A stretch of 64,000 bases of DNA from Carcharhinus amblyrhynchos (GCA_965287045.1 OZ336880.1:4960001-5024000); one strand, 5' to 3'; counted from the first letter of the stretch, positions 1 through 13,076 are shown. A program made the numbers and translations. The notes: a model not told the origin generated them from the letters alone.

Positions 1-500
1 CGGAAGATGGTTGGACCTAGGACACCAAACAGCGATGTTTCCGGACAGGGGTTATTGACATCCAACAACCACAATCGTCTTCCTTTGTGCCAAGTATGAT
101 TCCAACCAGCAGAGTGTTTTCCCCTTAATTCCCATTGACTCTAGTTTAGTTTGGGCTTCTTGACACCACATTCAATTAAACGTTGTCTTGATCTCAAAGG
201 CAATCATTCTCAACAGACCACTGGAATTTGTGCAAGTTTTAACCAAGGCTGGAATGAGTGTCATTGAATGTCAAGGAGAGATGGTTAGATTCTCTTTTGT
301 TGATAATGGTCATTGCCTGGTGACATGCATGTTACTCACCTCTTCTCAGTTCAAGCCTGAGTTTTGTCTAGCTCTTTCTGCATGTGGACACAATATCGTT
401 ATTTGAGGAGTTATATATCAAATTGAACATTCTGAAATCATTAGTTGAATCATTGAAATCATTGAAGCTGTAGATGACTGTGCCTAGGACACTACCTTGA
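1..500 (-). mobile_element. Degraded non-LTR retrotransposon RT fragment
   Basis: Minus strand shows remnants of RT motifs (D-I-K-x-x-F, GI-GKTL-WL-SYL, GV/LGP-IF) with frameshifts; clade not assigned. Confidence 0.6.
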
Positions 501-504
501 GATT

Positions 505-850
505 TAATTGAGGAGTATAAAAGTGTCCAGAGAGTGGGGACAGGAAGGAGCTATTTCACTTAGCAGTGAGGTTAATAACCAGGGGACATAGATCTAAAGT
601 AACTTGCAGGAGGATTAGAAGGGAGTGGAGAGAAAGCTTTCCAACCAGAGGGTGAGAGGGGTCTGGAACTCACTGCCTGAGATGATGGCGGTGGCAGATA
701 TTCTCATTATATTTAAAAAGTACTTTGATGTAGACTTTTACGTGCTGTAACCTACAGGGCTAAGCGAAAAGTGATAATAGGTTGTATAGCTTTTATGTGC
801 CTGGCACAGATGCAATAGGTCAAATAACCTCTGTGTTGTAAACATTTTGT
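505..850 (+). mobile_element. Old CR1 LINE 3' fragment
   Basis: accaggggacatagatctaaagt...ctggaactcactgcctgag (TRGH / WNSLP C-terminal region) followed by a 3' UTR-like tail. Confidence 0.65.
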
Positions 851-1179
851 TTCTATATAAATCAGCCTGTGAGCGGAATAGCCTTTTTCTGTATTGTAGA
901 AGTCTATGCCTCAGAAATCATTTACAGGCAACCCCCCATTTTGACACATTCTGAAAGCACGTTCTTATTTTTGCATAGTTGATAAATTAGGGATTTTCCC
1001 CAACAGTGCTGCCACTATTTTTATATTAGCATGGTTGCTGAACATGCTCAGTCTTTAAAAAAGGAAACTGCTTCCTCTCCCAACTCATTTTTTTGTCCCC
1101 CACTCTCCTGCTTGCCAACCCTCCTGACTTGTTATCTCCCTTCACAACCCTCCTGCTCCCCAATCTTTCCCTGCAACTC

Positions 1180-1620
1180 TTTGTTTAAGAAGGGCTGCAG
1201 GGAGAAGCCTAGGAACTATAGGTCAGTGAGCCCAGCGTCTGTAGTGGGTAAGTTATTGGAAGGTATTTTGAGAGACAGGATCTACAGGCATTTAGAGACA
1301 CATGTATTGATTAGGGACAGTCAGATGTGAATGGAAAATCAGATCTCATGAACTTGATTGAGTTTTTTGGAGGGATAACCAAGAAGGTAGATGAGGCCAT
1401 TGCAGTCAATGTTGTCTACATGGACTTTAGCAAGGCCTATAACAAGGTACCGCAAGGTAGATTGTTGCATAAAGTTAAATCTCATGGGATCCAGGGTGAT
1501 TGATATAGAGGGATGTGGGCCAAACATGGGCAATTGAGATAATGATAGAAACTGGGCAGCATGGACAAGTTGGACCAAAGGGCCTGTTTCCATGCTGTAA
1601 ATCTCTATGACTGTGATTCT
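1180..1620 (+). mobile_element. CR1 LINE RT fragment joined directly to a 3' tail (internal deletion)
   Basis: LFKKGCREKPRNYRSVS..SVVGKLLEGILRDRIY and DVVYMDFSKA-like motifs, then tail gcatggacaagttggaccaaagggcctgtttcc. Confidence 0.75.
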
Positions 1621-4210
1621 AACCCTCTTGACTTGCTGCTTTCTTCCCCAACACCTGTCCTCACCAATCCTTTAGATGCCATCTCTCCCAATTTCCTGTT
1701 TCCCTCCTTAAATCCTCCACTCACTGACCCTCCTGTTCACTGATACCCCCCCTCCTTCCCCACCCTGCAACATTCCTAACTCGCTGCCTCTCCCTGACTG
1801 TACTGCTCACTTGCTTCTTCTCAATGCCACTCTCTGGAGCCCTTGCTCATAGTGAGAGATCATGAGAGGGAAGGAACTGGCAAGGTAGAAGTGAGGGAAC
1901 TACTGAGTGGAATGGTTGGGTTGGGGGCTTCGGATGGTTCCAACTTACTTACCTGGACAGTTTATTTTTCTGGTTAACTTCTGGGTAACTGTACAATTGA
2001 CCCACCTGACTTCATCTTTAATCCCTCCATGCCCTGACTATGCCTCTAACCCTACCCAACTTTTCTCTAAACTCCTGGCCAGCCTCCACCACCCAGCTCC
2101 TCTTTACCTCTAAATTTCTCCATCACCCCCCTGGCCTTACTGTACTAGGCCCACCACCTGACTCCTTCCCAACATCCCTGTTGCCATCTTGATCCCACCC
2201 CCAACAACTCTTGATCCAGACTGACTAGCCTTCACCAGTCAACTCAGCTCGTCTCCAGCCAACCCAACCTGACCCGATCTCACCACTCTATCCAGCTGCC
2301 ACCTGACCCCCTTATCTACTTACCTCACCCACTCACCTCACTCATTCTACCCACTTACACTCATACACTGACACATTGAGAAGCTCTGGGTACTTAAAAT
2401 CTTATCAGAAATGTCAGATAGTGCCATAAAAAAGGGGCCTGGCCTCTATGCAGATTCTCTTCGCTGCCCCCCTCTGAGGTTTCCTGCACAGAATGAGGTT
2501 TGCGGGATCCTCCATTGGAAGATTGACCAGAAAAATTGGAAGAAGGTAAGTTAGTTTTTTTACCTTCTGATCAAGGTCGGGGGTTTTGGCACTGATTGGG
2601 AGATTTGGGTGTTAATTCCAAAGGCACTTAATACTTCAGTTTCATTCAAGTAACACCCAATAGCTACTGTGGAAATACCAATGTTTTTCTTTTCCTCGAC
2701 TTGAACATTATTTCACACCAATGAACGTTTTTGAAAAGCTTTGCAACCCAAGAGCCTGCTTACAATAACCACCATCAGCATAATTTTGTATTTTCCTTGA
2801 GAAACATGTCATGATTCTAGAGAAACACGAAAAGACTTGGAAAGAAGACATCTGCCACTATGCAATTGCTGGCTGCATCTCCGTTTTGCAACATAGCCAG
2901 AATGATTGCTGAAGAGTTGTGCCACTGAGGCATCATTGCCACTTTGGGTAATAATGATATCTTTATTCACCGAAAATTCTGTAGAATATTTATTGCTCAA
3001 TGTGTCTTTATTTTCTGCTTTAACAAAAATTAACTTAAAATATTAACTGCTTTTATATTGCATCTGGCCACAGGATTCCCCAGTGCAGCCCTCACACAGC
3101 AGCTGGTTCACTGACATAAACCAAGTAGATAATTGCTATGCCATTAATAAGGAAAGGATGATTCTTGCTGAGTCTTCCAATCGTCACTTCTCATCAGGAC
3201 TGGAAATGGATTGCTTGTTTGACTCAATGTTCATTTAAAATTATTTCCATTCTCATTACTTGTATAATTTAAGGCATCCCTCCACTTGCTTGGGTATGTA
3301 TGATACCACTGTGCCTACTTTGGGTAGCTGGACCTTTGAAGTAGCAGCTTCATTCTCTGCTTCAATGGTACTTTGCTGATCATCAAATTCCCTCTCATCT
3401 ATTGTTGACTCATCCTCATAATAATTCAGGGTATGTTTATGTGAGGTACAAGGTGCCTCCTGCCCTTCTGCATCTTGCTCAGATGCTCCAAATTCATACC
3501 CAAGTCCCATTACGCTGGAAGAGTGGGTTCACACTGTCTGGTTACCGTGTCGTACTATCACTTCCTCACTTTCCCGAGCCCTTTCCATTCTCTTTTGCTC
3601 TCTCTTTTATAGTAGATCCTAACCCTTTCTCAAAGTATACCCCAATGGTCTTATGTGATGTCTTAGGGTCCTTGTATCCATTCTGAAATCTCAGCCTTAA
3701 TGAAGGCCCTTCTCCCTGCATGCATAGCATTTAAGCGTGCAGAAAACATGGAGCTAATGCTTGTTCCTTTTAGCACCGGGGGCATCTGTTAATACCGACA
3801 GCAACTTTGGATTCATTCCGTATATCAACTGGCATTTATAACCCCCACCATTTGTTCTAAATTTTTTGTGCGCACTGCCCATGCTAATGCAACCTGCAAT
3901 TTATAGCCCGTTCGATCCATCAAAATTTTATGCAACGTGTCATCTATAACAGTGTGATTCCCTTCACAGAGGCTATTCTGAATGGGCTCTCTGCTGAAGT
4001 ATGCATTATTACAATATTTAAATTTTTGCATATATCTTTAAACTCATCATTTGCATATTCGCCCCCATTGTCTGTCAAAAATTTAGATGGTGCCCTAATC
4101 CTGTTCCAATCCAGTGGGTCATAAATTTTATCTATAATGGTCTTTTTATCTTCGCTGTAAATCAGCGTGGATATGCTAAACCGGGTGGCCACGTCCACAA
4201 AGTGCAATAG

Positions 4211-5218
4211 ATAAGAACATAAGAACATAAGAAATAGGAGCAGGAGTAGGCCATCTAGCCCCTCGAGCCTGCCCCGCCATTCAATAAGATCATGGCTGAT
4301 CTGTTGTAGCTCAGTTCCACTTTCCCGCCCTCTCCCCATAACCCTTAATCCCCTCTCTTATCAAGAACCCATCAACCCGCTTCTTAAAAATATTTAGCGA
4401 GGCAGCCTCCACCACTTCAACGGGCAGAGAATTCCAGAGATTCACCACCCTTTGAGTGAAGAAGTTCCTCCTCAACTCCGTTCTAAACCGCCTCCCCTTT
4501 ATCTTGAGGCTGTGCCCCCTAGTCCTACTGTCTTTTTTGAGCGGGAAGAGTCTCTCCACCTCTATCCTATCCATCCCATTCATCATCTTATACGTCTCAA
4601 TGAGATCTCCCCTCATTCTTCTAAACTCTAACGAGTACAAGCCTAGTTTATTCAGCCTCTCCTCATAGCTCAATCCCCTCAACTCCGGTATCAGCCTAGT
4701 AAACCTCCTCTGCACTCCCTCCAGGGCCAAAATATCCTTGCGCAGGTGCGGCGCCCAAAACTGCACACAGTACTCCAGCTGCGGCCTCACCAATGCCCTA
4801 TACAGCTGCAGCAAGACCTCCCTACTTTTATATTCAATCCCCCTTGCTATGAAGGCCAGCATCCCATTCGCCTTCCTGACCACCTGCTGCACCTGCAAGC
4901 TGGGTTTTTGCGACTCATGCACAAGGACCCCGAGGTCCCTCTGCACCGTCGCCTGCTGCAGTTTTTCGCCACGTAAGTAATAGTCCTTCCTACCATTCTT
5001 CCTACCAAAGTGGACCACCTCACACTTGCCAACATTAAATTCCATTTGCCATTTCCTGGCCCATTCGCCCAGCCTATCTAGATCCTTCTGCAGACTCTCC
5101 ACACCCTCCGCACAATTTGCCTTTCCCCCAATCTTGGTGTCATCAGCAAATTTCGACACCCTGCACTCGGTTCCCTCCTCCAGATCATCTATATAAATGG
5201 TAAATAGCTGAGGCCCCA
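4211..5218 (-). mobile_element. Young 5'-truncated CR1 LINE (copy 1) inserted in the copia integrase
   Basis: Uninterrupted ORF2 C-terminal part (GPQLFTIYIDDL, KFADDTK, TRGH, WNSLP), 3' UTR and (TTCTTATG)n tail; nearly identical to copies 2 and 3. Confidence 0.95.
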
Positions 5219-6249
5219 CTCGACTTTGTCCTTGTCTTATATCTTTAGATCCATCTCCACTACATCATTGAAATCTCATGCTAATGGTAGACTCATGACT
5301 GGACATGGGGCTATGCAAATTTCACACCGGGCTGATATTTGTTCTGAGATCATTATATCCTTTGTCCAGCACACTTGCATCCTGCAGCAGTATTCTCAGT
5401 CTCTGTGATGCTGAATGACCAAACTACTTACGTAGTTTCAGAATAATTTTATTTATGTCCATTATGCTGTTGTATATTAGCGACATTAATGAGTTATGAA
5501 TCCTTTGGGCTGATAATTTCAGTTCATTTAAAGGAAGACAATAATGGCCAGATCTTGTAAAACATAGGTCCACAGTTTTCCCAAAGACGATAGCTTTATC
5601 CTGTTTCAAATTGATGGTCACCTGAGCTTTCTTCATCACAGACCTGCTTAACACCAAGGTATGTTACATCACTGGATATAACTGATTCCTGCAATCCTAC
5701 AGGGAAGTATCACCTTTTTGGAGGACATTAAAGCGTTGTCATCTCCAAATCAAAAGCAGGTGGAACTATCATGTTCTTTTACTTAATTTCGGTCTTTATG
5801 ATCAAGGGGCCCTAAATAACAATTTAGCCAATCTTGGCCACAGACAGTGGAAGTACATCACTATCTAAAACAGCACAGCTGAAAGAGTCTATTTTCAGGA
5901 CACTCATTATGGGATTCAACTTTTCAGCCACCAAAACAATGCCTTCCTGGTCCTTATCCTTGTCACTATCGGTTTTCACATATTCTGTGTCACATGTTGT
6001 TTCAAAGACATGATTTCTTCTTTTCGGGCAGTTTATAATGTAGTGGCATGGGGAATTCCATTGGAAACAACGATTCACAATCCCTCTAGCATTCCTTTGA
6101 TTTAAATTTTTTTTTATCAGTTTCCCATGTACGTCTTCTCTCCCCATTTTCAAATTGGTTGTAGCTGTTTTCAACACTAGATCTGTTATTAACGTACTGC
6201 CTCTGTTTAAAGGCCTTCGTGTATCATTTGATCTGGCATGCAGTTGACT

Positions 6250-6427
6250 GATAGCTCCGCCTGCTTTAGATTTGGAGATGACAACACTCTAACATCCTCC
6301 AAGAGGGTGATAATTCCCTGCAGGATTGCGAGAATCAGTTTCTTCAGTTTCTTTTCAGATGTAGATTCCAGTGATATACCTTTGGTGTTACGCAGGTCTG
6401 CGGTGAAGGGAGCTCAGATGACCATCA
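6250..6427 (+). repeat. Inverted, diverged copy of the copia protease segment (partner 5612-5770)
   Basis: Plus strand GATAGCTCCGCCTGCTTTAGATTTGGAGATGACAAC... aligns with the reverse complement of 5612-5770 (hand count 13 mismatches in the first 90 nt). Encodes FRFGDDN...SDIPLVLRRS. Confidence 0.9.
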
Positions 6428-7074
6428 CCGACTCCCCAGTTCTGGGCGCTATGGCATTCCGGTCTGCATTGAACAAGGTGGCAGGGAAGGATTATTTCCC
6501 AAAAAACTTTTTTAGTGATACTGCCATTTGATCAAAGAGGGGCTCTGTTCCTCTTAATTGTATTCCAGTCATTACTAAAAGAGTATCCATTTCTGACAGA
6601 CAAGAACAGTTCAACAACTTGATGGCCGATACTACATTTGGAATCTCTAAATTAAATTTCGTTAGCCTATTATGGCCCCTATCAAAATCCATGATATACT
6701 TTTCCATGGACTGGGTATCTTATCTCATAATCCTGTCAAACATCAGCCATCCTTCTCCAAGAACTCATTTTTTTTTTGTAAAACTTATCTATGTATGTAG
6801 TAGGAGCTGTAGCCCTTCTTCTTTATTTAGGGCATGTGCTGTCCAGTTGGAAAATACTTTGCTTCTTATCTTGTTCTTAATTGGAAATGACAAAGCTAAT
6901 GCCATACATTGCTTTTTTTTCAGTATTGCGGTGACAAGGGTCCACATTTCCACCTCTGTCTTCCATTGCCGATATGAAAAGACAGGGGAACAATCCAATC
7001 CCACCAGTTTACTTCTGCCTTCTGCCATGGTTGTAGCACTTTTTCAAAAACAAACACCAAGTTACGGTGGGTGT

Positions 7075-7087
7075 TCCTCTGCTACTA
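7075..7087 (-). promoter_or_regulatory. Primer binding site, tRNA-iMet type
   Basis: Minus strand TAGTAGCAGAGGA versus TGGTAGCAGAGGA, the complement of the tRNA-iMet 3' end; one mismatch, 1 nt from the LTR end. Confidence 0.8.
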
Positions 7088-7088
7088 A

Positions 7089-7393
7089 TGTTTCTTCAGA
7101 AGAAACTCTTCAAAAAATGCAGATAATGAAAATACAAGAAAACTTACTCCAATTTATAAATCAAAGAAAGAGTTTAATAAAAAAAAATTACTCCAAACTT
7201 GGGGCCTTGCTCTGGGCAGTCCAAGCTTCCCACAATGCTACACAGATTCTTATTTATAGTGATGTAATAGTCAGCTGACTATTAAATCACTCTGTAATTG
7301 GTTCCATGTTTTACTGGGTCAACTGACTCTCACATTTTGTTCCCATTGGTAACATTACATCCAATACAAAGTTGTCACCATTACATCCTAACA
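7089..7393 (-). repeat. 5' LTR of the copia element (305 bp, TG...CA)
   Basis: Minus strand starts TGTTAGGATGTAA and ends GAAACA. It contains TATAAATA (~7251-7258) and ATTAAA, and is followed by the PBS. Confidence 0.75.
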
Positions 7394-9375
7394 GGCAAAA
7401 GCATGGCAATAGTTTGTGGTAACCTTACAAAGTTTGACAAGGCACTGTGAATTTGGTGAGTTATTGGGAGATACTCTCCAAGATCATCTAGTTTTTGGTA
7501 CAAAAAATGAGGCCATCCAAAGAAGATTGCTTACTGAACACGCTTTGACTTTGAAGACAGCAGTAGAAATTGCAGTATGGATGGAACTGGCTGCTAAAGA
7601 GGCTTCACAATTTTGTGCAGGATTGAAGATCCACAAGTTGGGAACTGCCCATTCACAGTCCAAACAAGCAGGTCAGGGATATGCCAAAAAATGAGCCAGT
7701 GAGTAAATGCTGGAAGTAAGGATTGTCAATGCAAGAATTCTGGCAAAATGAGTCACACTGCAAAAGGTGTGCTGGGCTAGACTAGTTTCCCCTGAAGAAT
7801 ATTCAGAAGAAGAATCTGGGTACCTTCAAGAAGGAGAACAAGTTGCATTCTATAAAAACAATTTACAACATGGAAGAAAATAAATACAACTGAAGAGGAA
7901 AATATCCAGAAATATGATGAAGAGCTCCAACTTAACATCTTATCCATCATACAGGGTTAATCACATAGATTATGGGTGATTCTGAAATTAAGTAGACTAT
8001 CTAATAGGATGGAGGTTGATACTGGTGCTGCAGTATCTTTAACTCCTGAGACTACATATCTACAAAAGCTGAAGCATCTTCTTTTAGAACTAGCTGATGT
8101 GATTTTAACGGTATTTATGGAAGAGATCATGTCATTGAAAGGTTACATGTAGTTCAATATAGAGTTGAGTGGACAAACAGCAGAGTTGCCTCATCCTGTG
8201 GTCTATGGTAATTTTCCAGCTCTATTTGGAGATCATGGTTGGAGAAGATGATGCTTAACAGGAGTGTTGTCAGCAAACTGGCTATGCCAACAGAGACCAA
8301 CAGCACCTTCAGGATAAATACAAAAGTGTATTTGAATGGACACTTGGCTCAATGAAAGGACTTCAAGTGAAACTCAAGATAAAGCCTAAAAATCACCCAA
8401 AACAACTCAAAGAAAGAGAGTTCCAAATGCAGTTTGTTCAAGGTCAAGGAAGAATTAATATGACATGTTAACAATGATATGTTAGAGCGAGTTGCAATGA
8501 ATGGGTGGACTACCCCCATCATAAAACCAGATGGTTCAGTTTGTATTGGTGGTGATTTTAAAACAACCATAAATCCAGTGTTGTGTGCTGATCAATATCC
8601 GTTTCCTTTAATTGAAGATTTGTTTACTGGGTTATCAGGTGGGCATAAATTCAATAATATTGATCTTTCACAAGCAGATTTACAGATAAGTGTAGCCATT
8701 GAATCTCAACCACTTGTTCATAAAGATCTTTTTTGTTATAAAAGATTGCCTTTTGGAATAACATCCGTGCCAGACTATTCCAAAGATCAAGTGATTTTAA
8801 TTGGTTTCTCTGGTTACCTGGATGATATTCTCCTAATAACGTCCTATCAGCATGAGTTTTTGAATAATTTAGAAGCAACACTGGAACATCTTCAAGCACA
8901 TGCATATCAAGAATGAAAAGTGTGACTTTTTCCAGATGTTAGTCCAGTATTTGATTATGTTATTGTTAGTAAAGACCTACGTAAAGCACCTTAAAAAGGC
9001 GGATCTATTTTACAAGCACAACATCTGATGAATGTGATGCAATTGAGGTCCTTTCTAGGATTGGTAAATTATTATGGCAAATTTGTTTCCTAATTTTGCT
9101 ACATTATTGAAGTCATTGCATAATTTGCCATGTGTGAAACATGGGACTGGACAACAGAAAGTGAGAAAGTATACAAGGATGTCAAAGATGCTTTGCAGAA
9201 ATCTGAAGTACTGGTTCATTTTAATCTGAAATGATCATTACTGCTTGTTTGTGATGCTTCACCTTATGGAACAGGGACAGACATTTCACATATTGTGTCT
9301 TTGGGAGAAGAATGACCAATAGTTTTCTCTCTGTGTACTTTGACTAGTGCTGAATCTAACTATGCTCAACTAGCA
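7394..9375 (+). mobile_element. Degraded Ty3/Gypsy internal region (gag-PR-RT-RNaseH)
   Basis: gag HCEFGELLGDTLQDHLVFG; protease MEVDTGAAVSL (~8009); RT KPDGSV..GDFKTTINPVL, KRLPFGI, YLDDIL; RNaseH CDASPYG and AESNYAQ. Many stops and frameshifts. Confidence 0.9.
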
Positions 9376-11059
9376 AATTAAGGATTGAATATATTTTTGG
9401 GAGTAGGCCACTTGGGCCCTTCGAGTCTGTTCCACCTCTTAATAAGGATGGCTTATCAGATTTTAACCTCAACTCCACATTCCTATTTACTTCTGTTAAC
9501 CTTTCATCCCCTTATTTACCTTTACATTAAAAATACTAACTGTACAAAAAGTTTTGTAAAACAATACACTGAAGAGATAAGACCCCTGAGTTTGTTGTAG
9601 CAAATGAGAGGAATAAGTCCCTTGGTTTGGATATGTAATTATCTTTTGAAATGGAGTAGGTGCACATATGCTCCCAAACCATTCTGCACACAGAATCCCT
9701 CCACGGCATAAACAGAAGAAAATCTGTAACTAATCTGTTTTCAGTGGTCATATAGAATGAACTCAGTAGATTTAAATAAAAAAGAATATCATGCAGGGAG
9801 TTCATCTTGTCACTCTCCCAGGACTCTGGCTATGTGGCATTGTAATATAGAACTAGATTGTTGATACCTTTTGAAGATCAGCTTGATTCCAGCTGGGTGC
9901 ATGTGAGAATGAGGAAGGTTGGCTTATAGCATTGCCTGAAGGCACAAACTTGACAGAAACACTTCAATGAGACACAGTTTTGTGTTGTCTCCTGTTGATC
10001 TGTAATTTGCTGTAAATGCACAGGCATTTAAGGCCAGCATTTGCATTAGCTAACATTGCAGGGATATATGGGGAAAAGCTCCTTTCGGAGACATTGATAT
10101 AGTAGTTATGTTACAGCTTCTGAGCCTGCCACAGCTAAGAATATGGAACAATGACAAAGAAGCATCACAAATTATTGTTACTACATGCCAAGTATAATTC
10201 TGATTCTTCAGAATGGTGAGTGATATGTTAAGTAGGTATGTATAACATTTAATATAACCCTCAAGCATTCATCCAGTACTTTCATTAGTAAATCTTTCTG
10301 GATATGTATGTAGTCAGTCATTTATATCCCTATTGTGCATCAAAACCAGTGTACATAAACATTTTATGTACATTTAAATGGTCACCTTCTATTATCGGTA
10401 CACACTGGCACTTGAGGCATCATTGGGATATATATGACAGACTACATACAAGCCTAGAAAGAATTACTGCTGATATCAGCGGATGAATATTTCAGGTTTT
10501 AATTTCTCTGTCAAATTATTTAATGGAGAAGTTAATCTATAACTTGTTCACTGTGTCAATACCTTTGCTAAAACATTGGATGGGTGAATATCAGATGAAT
10601 GCATCCAGTGTCCATCTGCCAGTATTGGTAATATTGATTTATCAGCTAAGATGTCAAACCCTGCACATAATCACCAGTAGTCTGGATTTTGGAGGATCAG
10701 CAGCATGTACTTGTGTAAGTATAAAATGAATGTGCTGCCCAACTAGTTCTGCACTTCTGTTACAAAAACACTTCCATTTGAGCAGAATCGTAGCAACTGA
10801 AATCTCTTGTGTTGTATCTCCACAAAAACATTTTTATTCTCTGAATTTATAAAGAGTCCTCTGATAAACGTTATTGATAGCAGATACTTTTTAAAAAACA
10901 AATTAGCTGCCACTTATGTAGGGCTAAGTACAATTACTCTCAATTTACAGCACTTAGCCAGCTATTATAGTTCTCCTTTGACATGCAAACTGTTTCAGCA
11001 GTTTTATGTACAAAAACCGTTTTAACATTATACAGCCATAATAACTTCAGTGTTAAAAT

Positions 11060-11580
11060 CCTTAGGAATGACAGTCAGCTACTCACACCTGTTCCACAAT
11101 TCAATTTGCTTATACCTAATCTCCACCTCAACTCAATGTATCTGCCTTACCTAATCAAAATCTCAGGCACAAAGACCTTGGTTTTGAGTATTTCAATTGA
11201 TCCACCTTTTTCAGGAAGTTCCAGATCTCCACTATCCTTTGTGTATAAAGTGCTTCCTGATTTCACTTGAAACAGACCATTCTAAATTTAAGATAGAAAC
11301 CCTTGCCCCATATTCTCTATGAAAGGAAATAATTTCTGTGCATCCACCTTATTAAATCCCTATATTATTTTAGAAGGTTTGATTAGAAAACTTCTTAACC
11401 TTCTGAATGAAGAAGAAATCAACTTCACGCAACCTGCTCTTATGACATAAATCTGGCATTATTCTATTGAATCTGCACCAAACCCTTTCCAAGGCCAATA
11501 TTTATTTTCCAAGGTGCAGTGCCTAAAATTGCCTAGTATTCCAGATGGGATCTGACCACGGCTCTAGAAAAACTACACCA
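11060..11580 (-). mobile_element. Old CR1 LINE 3' fragment
   Basis: Degenerate match to the reverse complement of the CR1 C-terminal region (ggaagttccaga..ccactatcctttgtgt; ccaaggccaatat; ccagatgggatctgacca). Confidence 0.6.
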
Positions 11581-11868
11581 ACTACAGTGATTTTTACATG
11601 TGGACAGGCTGTTTGGAAATTTCTGGAATGTAAATTGATTTTCAAAATGAAACTTCAGACCAGATTTTGTGCTGACTCATCCCATGTGGCCCACCTAGAG
11701 AAATGATGGGTCGGATCCGGAAGCCTCCCATGGCAGATCCCATTTTTTGTCGGCGGGGGAGAGATCTGAATTGTACAAGCATGGACCACAAAACTTCTGG
11801 GCCATTTGAAATTAATGCCGAATTGAAACAGAACCCACTTTCATTGTTCCAAAGGACTTAACCTGCAG

Positions 11869-13076
11869 TGTGAGAACCACAACTTTATGAAGGCAGCATT
11901 AATATTCTGAAGGTGAACTTAGGTCTGTTTAAGTGTCATGATAGAGTTGAAAAACTTTCACTTACCGAGTTAATGTGAACATCTAATTTCATGATTCAAA
12001 TGTTTGAGGAGTCTAACACTTAGTTTGGAGATTGAAATTTTTAGATGTAAAATAAATGAACACACCTGCGGCGGGATTTTACAGCCTCACTTGGAAGAGA
12101 CCGGGAATTCCCTCCTGAGATCAATGGAGATTTCCACTGTCAGACCCTCAGCTGCACCAATTCTGCGGTGGACGAGGTGGTAGAGTTTTGGCCATTGTGG
12201 GAGAAGCGGGTAAACAGACCCAAAGTAATTGCAAATCAAAGGGCGGCCTATGTTTATATTGAAAAACTCACTGTTGGAGATTTTGGAAATTAAATAATGG
12301 ACTGCCTGTCTGAACTTCCTGGTGGAGATGGGATGTTTTCAGCAGTTTCAATAAGGGGTTTAATTATTCATATAGTTTCCCAGAACAAAGGTTTAGGATG
12401 GGAGATAATTAGTACGTTTCTATCTGGGATATCCCAAGCATGTCATGTTGCCACAGGGATGCACTGCAGGATTTTTCTTTTGTTTGGGGTTTTACCTGGG
12501 TGGTTTTTCACTGAAACAAGAAGCTGAAGTCTGGGCCAGGCACAGTTTGGAGATGGAATAGAATTTGCTAGGATTTGCCGGGAGTCGCATGGATTTCAGG
12601 AACCAGGAGTGATTCCAATTTGGAGTCACTAAGCAAGAAAGCATTGAAGTTTATGGAGACAATACACTTATAAGGTGTTAAAGAAGAGTTGGAGAGTTCA
12701 CCTAGCCAGATGCTAGTGGAAGGACCTCAATAAATCTCAGAACTCAGAGAATGGAGGGAACATTGAGGAGAAAAAGTGAATTTGAGAGAGTAATGGCATA
12801 CCTTTGTTTGGTCCCAGGAAAATTGAAGGACCCCTTAAGATCCCGTAAAGAAGAACTTTTGGAAGAGCATAAAAGTAGGTTGGGAACTGCTCTGTTGAGA
12901 TATTTGGGTCTAACGTTTAAGTTTTTAGAAAATATAGTGTTAAGTTAGTATAGTTTAATTCTGTTACATTAAACGTTTTGTTTAAAACATGAAATCTTCT
13001 GGCATAACTCTTTCAGTTTTAACTAGGAGTCCGAATTTCTTTTTAAAAGTTATTAGTCTCTACCAAGATCATAACG
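11869..13076 (+). mobile_element. Possible solo-LTR-like repeat containing a MITE
   Basis: Starts TGTGAGAACC and ends GATCATAAC(G), with ATTAAA near the end. No coding remnant or TSD confirmed. Confidence 0.3.
12069..12193. mobile_element. MITE, ~125-130 bp family
   Basis: Degenerate TIRs (GCGGGATTTTAC ... GTAGAGTTTTGGCC) and internal tcaatgga motif shared with 32173-32301 and 44621-44748. Confidence 0.65.

Larger units (their letters stand above)
3256..7393 (-). mobile_element. Ty1/copia LTR retrotransposon, GalEa-like; degraded and 3'-truncated (LTR-PBS-gag-PR-INT; RT/RH and 3' LTR not seen)
   Basis: Minus-strand frames give gag (YRQWKTEVEMWTLVT; MEKYIMDFD; SLKKFFG), a Zn-knuckle remnant (RCFQWNSPCHYIINCP) and protease (AVLDS). 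Integrase follows directly (KLRK*FGH...CEIC; DLK; VDVATRFS; FLTDNGGEYAN; ESPF; CEGNH; ALAWAV). The PR-INT order is copia-type. Confidence 0.85.

Noticed and set aside
1620-2400. Long C/T-rich tract as a functional element
   Set aside because: Low-complexity, probably the interior of an old repeat; no clear periodicity or boundaries supportable by eye.
4456-5035. Small ORFs repeated in three places (MRRCGAQ..., MKKFLLN..., MLASVRW...)
   Set aside because: Antisense or alternative-frame shadows of the near-identical CR1 copies; no independent coding evidence.
6619-7278. 219-aa plus-strand ORF
   Set aside because: Antisense to copia gag and LTR; no recognisable domain.
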